Virus record (IMG/VR): IMGVR_UViG_3300021961_000169
Coordinates: 1-45,415 of that record
Length of the DNA: 45,415 nucleotides
Direction: 5' to 3' (one strand)
Source: a virus
Taxonomy: Duplodnaviria > Caudoviricetes
Numbering within the stretch: position 1 is the first letter of the stretch; the number at the start of each line of letters is the position of its first letter. This document shows, in pieces, positions 10,074-21,200 of this stretch. Below the pieces are notes generated by a model. It was not told the DNA's origin, did not search any database, and saw only the letters and a program-made list of their open reading frames with translations. The position numbers were made by a program, and so were the translations under genes.

Positions 10074-10100
10074 GGGTATACTGATTTTTTCGGTATACCC
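10074..10100 (+). terminator. Hairpin (possibly bidirectional terminator)
   Basis: GGGTATACTGA-ttttt-TCGGTATACCC, with an A-run upstream and ATATTTATA directly downstream. Confidence 0.65.
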
Positions 10101-10156
10101 ATATTTATATTAGTAAATTAAAACGTTTTATTACAAACAATGTTATAGGATTAGTT

Positions 10157-11023
10157 ATGACAAAAATTCCAACAGGTTACGATGTACCCATAGACAACGG
10201 TATGTCTGATGCAGATTTAAAGGCACGATTGGTAGCCGAACACAAACAAACTAATGTTAAAAAATCAAACTTTCCAACAGAAATGGTTCCTTTGCCTTCA
10301 AAGGGATTGGTTTATCCTGAAGGACATCCTCTTGCAGATGGTGTAATTGAAATGAAATACATGACCGCAAGAGAAGAAGATATTTTAACTTCACAGAATT
10401 TGATTAAACAAGGCGTAGTTTTGGATAAATTATTTGAGTCTTTGATTGTTACTCCAATGAATTACGGTGATTTATATGTAGGTGATAAGAACGCAATAAT
10501 GGTTGCAGCCAGAGTTTTGGGTTATGGTAAGGAATACACAGTAGAAATTGATGATCCATTCTCACCTGGTAATAAACAAAAACTAACAATAGATTTAACT
10601 CAAATTGAGCACAAGGAGGTCGATTATTCGCCGTTTGAGAGCAGAGCAACCGAATTTGATTATACACTTCCAATTTCAAATAGAACCGTTACATTCAGAC
10701 TTTTGACACACGATATTGAGAAACAAATCAAGAATGAATTAAAGTCAATGAATAAAGCTCTAGTTAAAACTGGAATTGATAAGGAATTAACAACGAGACT
10801 CAAATATGTTATAGTTGCGGTTGATGGAGAACGTGGTAGAGCAACCGTTGATAATTTTGTTGATAATGAATTATTTGCATCTGATTCACGGGCATTAAGA
10901 CAATTTATTAAAGAGTTTTCACCGGATTTAGATATGACCTTTACGTTTGTCTCTGACATAACAGGTGAGGTAAAGGAGATGGATATACCGCTTGAGGTGT
11001 CATTTTTTTGGCCTAACACCTGA
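10157..11023 (+). CDS. Tail/baseplate hub assembly chaperone (gp26-like; position of lambda gpG)
   Basis: LPSKGLVY, MTAREEDIL, GDKNAIMVAARVLGYG, DSRALR, C-terminal FFWP; between tube and tape measure genes. Confidence 0.72.
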   Translation: MTKIPTGYDVPIDNGMSDADLKARLVAEHKQTNVKKSNFPTEMVPLPSKGLVYPEGHPLADGVIEMKYMTAREEDILTSQNLIKQGVVLDKLFESLIVTPMNYGDLYVGDKNAIMVAARVLGYGKEYTVEIDDPFSPGNKQKLTIDLTQIEHKEVDYSPFESRATEFDYTLPISNRTVTFRLLTHDIEKQIKNELKSMNKALVKTGIDKELTTRLKYVIVAVDGERGRATVDNFVDNELFASDSRALRQFIKEFSPDLDMTFTFVSDITGEVKEMDIPLEVSFFWPNT

Positions 11024-11243
11024 GTATAAAATCGGTTTACATGAAGAAATATTTTCTGTCTGTTATTATGGTAAAGGTGGTTTTACTTGGAACGAAGTTT
11101 ATGATTTACCAATACATTTAAGAAGATATTATCTTAAACAAATTCAGAAAGCGGTTGATGAAAAAAATAAAGCGGAACAAGCAGAGATTTCAAAGTCACA
11201 ATCAAAAGTTCCAAAATTTACTAAACCGCAATCAAGACGATAA
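10992..11243 (+). CDS. Tail assembly chaperone extension (gpT-like), probably reached by frameshift
   Basis: Overlaps the upstream gene in the +1 frame across a T7 run (11003-11009) and has no in-frame ATG. GFTWNEVYDLPIHLRRYYL resembles gpT/gp51-like motifs. Confidence 0.68.
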   Translation: MRCHFFGLTPEYKIGLHEEIFSVCYYGKGGFTWNEVYDLPIHLRRYYLKQIQKAVDEKNKAEQAEISKSQSKVPKFTKPQSRR

Positions 11244-11248
11244 ATTCG

Positions 11249-11285
11249 TGGTCTACATATTTATACTGTGTAGACCATTTTGTTT
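11249..11285 (+). terminator. Hairpin with ATATTTATA in its loop, followed by a T-rich tail
   Basis: TGGTCTACA-tatttatactg-TGTAGACCA then TTTTGTTTTT. Confidence 0.65.
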
Positions 11286-11304
11286 TTAATTTATTCGGAA
11301 GGTC

Positions 11305-14300
11305 ATGGCAACTGACAATGAAAAAAAATTAGAAGAACAGATAAGAGCCCTTTCAGAAGAAAGAAAAAAAATTGAAACGGCCATTCTTGACTTAAAAACT
11401 AAAATAGAGTCAACTGAAAAAAAATCTGTTGCTAATCTAGAAAAAATAATAAAATTGGAAACTTTGCGTCTTGATAGTGTAGAGAAGGAAGAAGAAATAC
11501 GCAAAAAAATTGAGAAGATAGATAAAGATACCGAAAAAAGAACAGAAAAGGCACAAAAAGCACAAGATGAAACAAGAAAGGGATTGGATGGTCAAGTAAG
11601 TTTAGTAGATGATTATTCAAAAAATCTAGCAACCATTGGTTATTTAATGAAGGATTTTAGTAAAACTTCATTTCAAACACAAGCCATACTATCAACATTA
11701 CCAGCAGACGCACAAAAAAATGCAGCTAATATGGGTTTAACCGTAAACATTGCGGAAAAATTTGGTAAAACTCTTGAAACTGTAAAAGTACATATACAAC
11801 AAGGCGGAACATACACAGAAGATTTTGCAGATTCACTTTCCGATACAGTAGACTTAGCATCAGACGTTGAGAAAATGGAAGCGGCAATGGTAAAATCATC
11901 AGCGGACGCAATGAAAGGGAAGGCAAGCATTGTTGATACAGAAAAAACACGCGAGGCAATACTTGTCAAAATGTATGAAATAGAAAATAGTAACAGCAGT
12001 TTAACAAGAGAAGAAAAGAAACTTCAAATGGATGCCTTGGGTGTTCTCTTGGAAAAAGTCAATAAAATGGGTACGGTAAATGAAAAAATAAAAGAACAAA
12101 ATGATAGTATGGCTACCTTAAACGCTATGAGTAGTAAAGTTGGTGATACAATGGGGGGGTGGATAAGAAAAGTTCCTGGTGGCGATAACATTGCTAAAAT
12201 AATAAACATCGATAAAACTGCAGATAATGTAAACAAAAAAATGTCTACTGCATTTACTTCTGCATTAGGAGCAATAAAAGGAAAAAATAGTCCTGCTGAG
12301 GCATTTAAGGATGCTGGTTCTGCATTAGGTAGTATGATTTCAATGGCTCCAAAATTGATGGCTGGGTTGGGATTGGGTCTTTTAACCGGTGCCGTAAACT
12401 TCTTGGTAGGTGCATTTAGTGCAGTTGATGAACAAGTTTCTGAAATAGGTAAGGATTTTGGGTATACAAGAAAAGAGGCATCAGCTTTAAGAGATACATC
12501 AGTTGATATTGCCGGTGAAATGGGTGTTGTTGGTGTAAACTCAAAAGAAGTTGTTAAAAACATAGGTATGGTTTCCGATATGATGGGTGGGTTGGATATT
12601 GGTGCTCAACTTGCTAGTGGGAATCCCGCAGCGAAACAACTTGTAAAAGATGCAACACTGCTAACAGAAAAATTCCAAATGTCCAAAGAAGAAGTTGAAT
12701 CAATGCATACACTTTCATCTATAACCGGCAAAAGTATGGGTGAACTTGCAGGAACAGCCGCTAAAATGGGTGGTGGATTGATGACAAGTAAACAAGCAAT
12801 GAAGGCACTTGCAAGTGTTCCAAAAGAAGTTGCAGTTGCTTTCAAAGGAATACCTGCACAGTTGGCTGCTGCTGCTCAGAAGGCAAAATTACTTGGACAC
12901 GATTTGAAGAAAGTTCAAGATATTGGTGATGGTATGTTAGACATCGAACAATCACTTGAAAAAGAAATGGAAGCAAGAGTATTGACCGGTAAAAATCTTC
13001 AATTAGATAAAGCTCGTGAACTTGCATTGAATGGTGATATTGCAGGATTACAAGATGAATTGTTAAAACAAGCCGGTGGTCTTGAAGACTTTACAAAGAT
13101 GAATCGTATTCAACAAAAGGCAATGGCAGATGCCATGGGTATGTCTGTTGAAGAAATGACCACGATGCTTACAAATGCAGACAAACTACAAAAGTTGGGT
13201 ATATCACAACAACGAATGGATGAATTACAGTCTAAAAATGCTGAAGAATTAAAGAAAATTGCAGGTGAAACTGCAGACGGTGCATTAAAAGCAGAAATTG
13301 AAAAAATGGCAAAAGAAAAAGAATCTGCAGCTATTAAAGAGAGAATGGCAAACATTGTTCAAAAATTACAAGAAAAACTATCTAAATTGTTATCACCTAT
13401 TCTTGAAATGGTGCATGGTATGTTGGATGCCGCTGATGCAGGTGGAGATTTTGATAATATAGTTGAATCCGTTTCTGGTGTAATAAAAGGTATAATACCA
13501 ATAGTTAAAACTCTTTTTGGTGTATTATCATCATTGATAGGACCTGTTTCATCAGTTTTAGGTTTCTTTGGTGGAGTAGAGGATAAAACAAAGGATATAA
13601 CAGGCGGTGTAACCGAAGCCGGAAAGGCGGCAGAGTCAAGTCAAGCCGGTTTTGGTGGAATATTAAAATCAGTTACACTTATTGGTGGACTTTTTGCTGG
13701 TAAAGCTGCCATTGGTAAAGGTATTGATATGTTGAAAGAAAAGGCATCAGACTTTGGGGATACTATCAAAGAAAAAGTACAAGATAAAATAAAAGATGCA
13801 GCTGGCGATATGGGTAAAAAACTATTAGGTCTTGGTGGCAAAAAAGGAAAGGCACCAAAAACACCAAAAATGCCTGGTGGAAAAGCTGCCGGTGGTAAAG
13901 GTGGTGGGTTTTTGGATACATTAGTTGAGGCATTTAATAAAATGGATGCTAAAAAAATGCTTGCTGGTGCAGCTGCTTTGTTGATAATTGCCGCTGCTCT
14001 ATGGGTTACTGCAAAGGCAGTTCAAGAATTTATGAAAGTAGATTGGGCTGCTATGGCAAAAGCTGGTGTTGCACTTCTTGCACTTGCTGGTATTGCATAC
14101 TTAATGGGGAAGGCAAGTACAGAAATGATAAAAGGTGCAGTTGCTATGTTAATTCTTGGTGCAGCTCTTTATGTAATAGGTTTAGCTTTACAATTTTTTA
14201 CAAAAATTAGTTGGGAAGATATGGCAAAAGCCGGTATTGCACTTCTTGCATTAGTTGGTATTGCAGCATTACTTGGAACTTTTGCTCCACTATTTGTAGT

Positions 14301-15216
14301 TGGTGCTGCTGTATTAGCTATTTTAGGTCTTGCACTAATAGTGTTTGCGGGTGCCATGTGGGTGCTGGGTAAAGCAATGAAAGAGGTCGTTCCTTTAATG
14401 CAAGTTGCATTTGAAGGCATAAACTCTATAATAACTACAATAGGTGATGCTATTGTTAAAATAATAGAAGCTGTTGCAGGTGGTATAACACAAGTAATAG
14501 ATAAACTCATGGGATTAACTACACTTGATGGTGACAATCTATTGAAGATTGCTGGGGGTATAACTGCATTAGGTCTTGCACTTGCCGGTTTTGGTGGTGG
14601 TTCCGGTGCAGGTGCTATTGCAGATGGTATAGGAAGTGCAATTGGTGGACTATTAGGTGGTGAAAGTCCATTGAGTCAATTACAAACTATAATGAAAGAT
14701 ATTCAGCCGGAAAAATTATCTGGTATCGCTAAGGCAATAGTAGAACTTTCTGCTGCTATGACTGCACTTTCAAATACACTTCAAAATGTAAACTTTGATA
14801 AATTAGAAGAAGTAATGTCTGCTGTTGATAAAGCTAGTGGTGGAAGTAAAATTGGTTCTATTGTAAGTAGTATTGGTTCTCTATTTGGAGGCGGCGGAGA
14901 AGAAAAAGGTGGTGCATCTACTGCTCCAGCAAAAGCTGGTGGAATATCCACCGTAGGACAAACAACCGAATCAGTTGGTACAGGTGGTGCCGGTGGAGCG
15001 GCTGCTTCAGGTGGTGCTGCTGGTGCAACTGCTGGTGGCGGAGGTGGAGGTCTAGAACAAAAAATGGATCAACTTATATCAATTATATCTTCAATGGCAA
15101 GTACACCAACTATAATTCAAATTGGTGATAAAACGGTAGAAGAAATAAATGGAAAGGGTGATTTTAAGAAAACATATCAAATCGGTACGGATAATACATA
15201 TGGTCGTTCTATGTAA
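11305..15216 (+). CDS. Tail tape measure protein
   Basis: 1,303 aa, helical and Ala/Gly/Lys/Met-rich, after the chaperone pair; LDIEQSLEKEMEARVLTGKNLQLDKARELAL, MNRIQQKAMADAMGMSVEE; hydrophobic C-terminal repeats. Confidence 0.88.
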   Translation: MATDNEKKLEEQIRALSEERKKIETAILDLKTKIESTEKKSVANLEKIIKLETLRLDSVEKEEEIRKKIEKIDKDTEKRTEKAQKAQDETRKGLDGQVSLVDDYSKNLATIGYLMKDFSKTSFQTQAILSTLPADAQKNAANMGLTVNIAEKFGKTLETVKVHIQQGGTYTEDFADSLSDTVDLASDVEKMEAAMVKSSADAMKGKASIVDTEKTREAILVKMYEIENSNSSLTREEKKLQMDALGVLLEKVNKMGTVNEKIKEQNDSMATLNAMSSKVGDTMGGWIRKVPGGDNIAKIINIDKTADNVNKKMSTAFTSALGAIKGKNSPAEAFKDAGSALGSMISMAPKLMAGLGLGLLTGAVNFLVGAFSAVDEQVSEIGKDFGYTRKEASALRDTSVDIAGEMGVVGVNSKEVVKNIGMVSDMMGGLDIGAQLASGNPAAKQLVKDATLLTEKFQMSKEEVESMHTLSSITGKSMGELAGTAAKMGGGLMTSKQAMKALASVPKEVAVAFKGIPAQLAAAAQKAKLLGHDLKKVQDIGDGMLDIEQSLEKEMEARVLTGKNLQLDKARELALNGDIAGLQDELLKQAGGLEDFTKMNRIQQKAMADAMGMSVEEMTTMLTNADKLQKLGISQQRMDELQSKNAEELKKIAGETADGALKAEIEKMAKEKESAAIKERMANIVQKLQEKLSKLLSPILEMVHGMLDAADAGGDFDNIVESVSGVIKGIIPIVKTLFGVLSSLIGPVSSVLGFFGGVEDKTKDITGGVTEAGKAAESSQAGFGGILKSVTLIGGLFAGKAAIGKGIDMLKEKASDFGDTIKEKVQDKIKDAAGDMGKKLLGLGGKKGKAPKTPKMPGGKAAGGKGGGFLDTLVEAFNKMDAKKMLAGAAALLIIAAALWVTAKAVQEFMKVDWAAMAKAGVALLALAGIAYLMGKASTEMIKGAVAMLILGAALYVIGLALQFFTKISWEDMAKAGIALLALVGIAALLGTFAPLFVVGAAVLAILGLALIVFAGAMWVLGKAMKEVVPLMQVAFEGINSIITTIGDAIVKIIEAVAGGITQVIDKLMGLTTLDGDNLLKIAGGITALGLALAGFGGGSGAGAIADGIGSAIGGLLGGESPLSQLQTIMKDIQPEKLSGIAKAIVELSAAMTALSNTLQNVNFDKLEEVMSAVDKASGGSKIGSIVSSIGSLFGGGGEEKGGASTAPAKAGGISTVGQTTESVGTGGAGGAAASGGAAGATAGGGGGGLEQKMDQLISIISSMASTPTIIQIGDKTVEEINGKGDFKKTYQIGTDNTYGRSM

Positions 15217-15263
15217 TAACATTTTGAATTATATCATATTTATATGAAATAATAGGAAAACTA

Positions 15264-18200
15264 ATGTCTTTGTTAGATCTAAAATCAGACTTATCAAAAT
15301 ATAGAGCCGAAACTTCCATTGAAGAAAAAGAAGGTCCACAAACATCTGTTGCAAAAAGTAGTAAAGGTTTTGCAACTAATCAACCTATTACTGATAGATT
15401 ATTAAAATCTATTCCTGAAATAAAAAAACCAAAACAAATACCAATTGATGAAAGACTAAAACAAACTAAACTTGATGACATTGTTCGTAAAGATTTTGAT
15501 GAAATGATGGTTAATTCGGTTTCTGGTTTATCCCCAAAAAATATAGACGTAAATACATACAATCTTGGAGTATCTTCAATTGAAAACGTTACTTCAAAAT
15601 TTGGAGAAATAAAACAAGAGGAAATTGTAAATAACTTAAATTCTTCAAATACACTGATAGTAAAATCAAAAAATGGAACAAATAACAACCAATCTGGTAT
15701 AAATCCGGAAATATTTAAACAAACAGTTGATAGAATACAACAAACACCGAATATATTAACAGACAATGGAGAAGAAACTAATAACATTATTATTCCTGAA
15801 ATAAAAATAGACGGAAAACCGCTTACAATAAACAGAGAAAAACAATCGGTAATAATAAATAAAAACTTGTTTTCTCCTATGAATAATGTTGTTAATCCAA
15901 ATGTTGCATTAAATAAAGTATTTAAACCAACAAAAAAAGAAAATACAACGCCAAACATTGTTAAAGATACAATTAAGGAAGGTCTAATTACGGATCCAAA
16001 CACAAAGGTTTTCAGAATACAATCCGGTACAAATCATTTTACCGATGAAAGCGAATTAAATCCAAAAGGAAAAACAATAGAGTTTATTTCAAATTCTATG
16101 CTTGAAAGTAGAAGACCAATACAAGAACCAGACTTGATTAGATATAGCGGTGAAACTTTACAAGATAAAGATAATAGTATCTATAATGTTGATGATGTTA
16201 TTAGAACAAATCCTGCTGGTAGAAATGAAAACCCAAGAAATTCCAGACATTCATTCAATAATCCAACCGGTGTAAATAATTTTGATGATAGATTTTTCAG
16301 AGGGTTTAGTATAAATCAAAAGTCTACTGATTTAGTTAATAAATTTAGTTCAATTTTTGGTTGGCCTGGTGTTAAAAAAACTCCACCATCCGTTGATTTT
16401 ATTATAGACGAACATGCAAAAGGTTTCAAAACATTTGCACAACCAAGAGAAACTCTGTATAATACTGATAGTTCTGACTATTCATTTGTAACAGTTCGTA
16501 GTGTCAATTATTTTGATGTAACAAATCAACACACAAATGCAGGTTTTACTTTATTTGCAAGGGCATTGACATCAAATTATATTGATAATATATCTAGATT
16601 TACATGGAAAGGAAAAAAACCACTAGCACCTAATGTAAACTATTTTGATGTAAATAAAGAAAAGAGCAATGCAGGCTTCCATACCTTTGCACAAACATAC
16701 GATACAAAATACATCAATCAGGCATCAATATATGATTGGGATGGAAAAAGAACAAAATCTCCAGAAACAAATTTCTTTGATATAAATTCTACATATACAA
16801 AAAAAGGATTTCATAGACTTGCAGATATTTACGATAGTAAGTATGTTAGGGGTGCTTCTATATTTGATTGGGACGGTAAAAGAAAAAATGCTCCTTCTGT
16901 AAATTATTTTGATGTTGATTTAAAAAATGCAAAAACCGGGTTTCATGTATTTGCACAAAAATACGATAGTAAATTTGTAAAAGACTCATCAGAATTTGAT
17001 TGGGATGGTATCGGGGTAAATGCACCTGCTATAAATTACTTTGATATAAAAGGTCAATTTACTTCAACGGGTTTTCATACATTTGCACAAACATACGATA
17101 CAAAATATATTCCGGAAAGATCTAGATTTGATTGGAACGGTGAACGTAGAAAAGCACCTGCTGTAAATTATTTTGATTTGAGTAAAGATTTTACAACAAC
17201 CGGATTTCATACATTTGCTAGAAAATATGACTCAAAATATATTCCAGAAAGATCATTCTTTGATTGGGACGGTACACGTGATAAGGCACCTGCTGTAAAT
17301 TATTTTGACTTGTATGCTGAAAACACAACAACTGGTTTTCACACGTTTGCACAATTATATGACACTAAATTTATAGAAGAAACATCTAGATTTGATTGGG
17401 ATGGAAATAGAATAGATGCACCAACTGTAAATTATTTTGATGTTGCTGGTACAAATAGAACTACATCAGAATTTCCTAGTGGCTTTGTCCCCAAAACAAC
17501 TGCAGGTTTTCATAAGTTTGCACAAATATATGATACAAAATATGTTCGTGGTTCTTCGATATATGATTGGGATGGTGACAAACAAGTTGCTCCTTCTGTA
17601 AATTATTTTGATGTTGCGGGAACAAGTAGAACTGCAACTGAACAAAATTCTTTACTTGCTCAATTTAATATCCCAAGATCATTTGTTGCAAATACACGTG
17701 GCGGATTTCATACATTTCCACAGAAGTATGATACGAAATACATTACAGAATCATCGGAATATAATTGGGATGGTTCGAGAGATCAAGCACCAGTTGTTAA
17801 TTATTTTGATATTGCTCAAACAAATAGAACTACATCAGAATTTACAAATGGATTCATTTCATTTACAACTGCAGGGTTTCATAAATTTGCACAAATATAT
17901 GATACAAAGTATATTCGTAATTCTTCACGATACGATTGGGATGGAAAACCAGACAGAAAGAATTTTACAAATCCAATACCAGTAGATTACTTTGATAATC
18001 CAAATGCTAATGCTAGAAGATTTGGAACACAATTTATCATAAATACACCAAATGATTATCGTGCAGGTATAATGACAGTCGGTATAAAAGATAAATTTAT
18101 TGCAAAAACTTTTGGTGGTTTTCATATATTTGCTCAATTATATGATTCAAAATACATTCCGGAAAGTTCACGTTTTGATTGGGATGGTACAAAATATAAG

Positions 18201-21200
18201 GCACCGGCAGTAGATTACTTTGATACTGCAAAAACAAATAGAACAACATCGGAGTTAAATTCATTACTCGTTAATCCAAATATACCTAGACAGTTTTATG
18301 CAACTACAACTGCAGGATTTCATATATTTGCTCAAAAGTATGACACAAAGTACATTAAGTATGCTTCTTTGTATGATTGGGATGGGCTTCCTGACAAAAC
18401 TAATTTTAAAAATCCTATACCAGTAGATTATTTTGATACTCTAGAATCAAACAGAACAACGTCTGAAGCAAATTCATTATTAGCCGCATTTAATAGACCA
18501 AAAGATTTTATTGCAAAAACTACTGCTGGTTTTCATATATTTGCTCAAAAGTATGACACGAAGTATATTAAAGATTCTTCAATTTACGATTGGGATGGTG
18601 GAGCGGATCGAAGAGACTTTACAAATCCAATTGGAGTGGATTTCTTTGATGCATTTAGATCAATTAATCGTTATCGTGCAAGATTCAATGTTGGTGGGGA
18701 AAGTTTTTTAGACAATCCTGGAACAACACAAAATTATGAGGCATACAATTTAAGATCGCCGATTGGAGGATTTAGTTATTTAAAAACTATTGGTACAAAA
18801 GACGCATACATTAAAAAAACTTTGTCTGGTTTTGATATATTTGCAGAACATTATATTTCAAAATATATTCCAGGTGCATCAAGATTCGATTGGGATGGAT
18901 CTAGAGATAATGCTCCAGCAGTAGATTACTTTGATAGTGCTCGTGGATATGATTCGTTTTATAGATTTACTCTTGGTGGCGGAGATTATGCACGTGGACT
19001 TATGGTAGCAAATGCAAAATATCCTGTGTTTACAACAGTTGGTGGAGTAGAAAGACGGTTTGAAAATTCTCTGTTTGGAGTAACCCATAAAGGATTTCAT
19101 ACTTTTGCTCAAAAGTATGATACCCAATATATTATGAATACCGATATGTATGGTTGGGTTGGAAATGTTGATAGATTAACATATAAAAATCCAAAGGGAG
19201 TTAATTTCTTTGATAACCCTGCATCAGTAACTATTGAGGGATTAGGAACATCGTCTGATAACAACGATGGTAATTCAAAACCCGGAACAACAACTGCTAC
19301 ACCAACCATAATAAATGGACAACGCAATAATAATTCGAATCAATTGAATATAGGCGGTATACTGAATCAAATAGGAAAGATTGGAGCTAAAGATCCATAC
19401 ATACATAAAACTACCGCAGGATTTCATATATTAGCAAAATTGTATGATTCAAAATACGTTCCAGACTCATCTATATTTGATTATGATGGACATAAATTAA
19501 ATGCTCCTAATGTAGATTATTTTGATAGAAATAATTTGTTTACACGAGCAGGATTTCATATATTTGCTCAAGGATTGGATTCAAAATATATTGAAGATTC
19601 ATCAAGATTTGATTGGAATGGTGTCAGAACAAACGCGCCAGCAGTCACATTCTTTCCACAAATAGAACCAAAAACTGACCATGCAAGAAAGATAGTTTTA
19701 TTTAGTATACAGAATGAACCAACTGTAAGAATAGGGCGTGATCAAGTTATTCTACCTGAACTTTTTAAGAAAAGTGGACTTGATCCAGGATTTAGAACAT
19801 TTTTCATAAATAAAACACAGACTGCATATTCACCATATCTTTCTGAATTGTCTGTACTTGCAACTGCAGATCCATATACAAACTTTTTTCCAGCTCCAAA
19901 TGGATTTGCATATCCGTTAGATTTTGATAAATCAGGTAGAGATCCAGGAAGACTTGGCAATTCATCTGGATTAATTCAAGGAGTTCGAGGATTTGTTCCA
20001 TTTTTAGGCACATTAAATAGACCTACATTTGATCCTAATGATAAAAGTTTACAAACTACACGATTTTTGCTACGGTTAATCAATAGAGTTGGTGCAAATA
20101 ATAAACTCTATGCTGATAGTCTTGGATCAAAATACTCTTTAAATGATGCTAGAGAAAAATATACAAGATTTTTTAGTTTCTTTTCTAACACCGCAAAATC
20201 AGTAAGACCAGGAAGAACAGAACCATTTAGAGAGACTGATGGATTTTTACCACACATGACTATGTTTTATGGAACAAAATATCCAATAGTATTTCCAAGT
20301 ATAGAAAATTATGATGCTATGTTACAAAGTAAAAATATAGCAGCTGACCAAAGATTTACACGTGAAGCTTTAATATCAGGAACTGTTTATTCTGTTGCAC
20401 ACGGTCATCTGTCCGGAAATGGATACGGTTTAAGCGATGAGCAAGAGTTTTTAAATACATATTTACCAGATTCATTAGGAAAAAGACCTTGGTCTAGTCA
20501 AATGGGTAATTTACTTTTTGCTACGATGGCAAATCAATATCCCGCATATTCCGCAGATAAAACTAATAAATTTTATGGATATAGAAGACCAACCACCTAC
20601 TTTAAAAACTTACAGGGTGACAATGCAAATGGACAAAAATTTATAGGAGGACCATACGAACAACAATTAAAAAATGGTTGGTGGTCTCAACCAGTTGATA
20701 ACGATGAGGCAAAGTTAAAAAATATAACCAATAATGGTTCGCAAAATATTACTGATCAAATAGGATTTGCGATAGAAGATAATGAGAGTGCTAATTTAGT
20801 AAGAAGTTACGGATTTATTGCTAGATGGGCGATAAAATCTGGTGCTTTGGAAAAACAATATAATAAATTTGATTTACGAAAAGACTCTTACAATCCAGAT
20901 TTAATATGGGATCAACCATATTACACATCTAACATAGGTGCAAATTGGGGTTGGGGTGTATTGGCTTGTGGTAGAAATAGTCCAACAACACTTTTGGATA
21001 GAAGTCTTGCTGATCTTCAAAGGATTGGTAAATGGATGACTTCCGGAAAAGGATTACTTTGGGTGGTAAAACAATTTGGGTTACAATTTATGAATCCGTT
21101 TATGGACTCATGGAATGAACCGTTTGATGTTTTTCAATCTCGTTCATCAACCGATGTTGGTGGCCAAAGACAAACATATAGTTTGGGCAATTCAATATTG

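Noticed and set aside
16272-19658. Repeat-plus-variable-spacer pattern as a CRISPR array
   Set aside because: Repeats are in-frame, conserved at the protein level with synonymous divergence, about 130 nt long, and no cas genes are seen.
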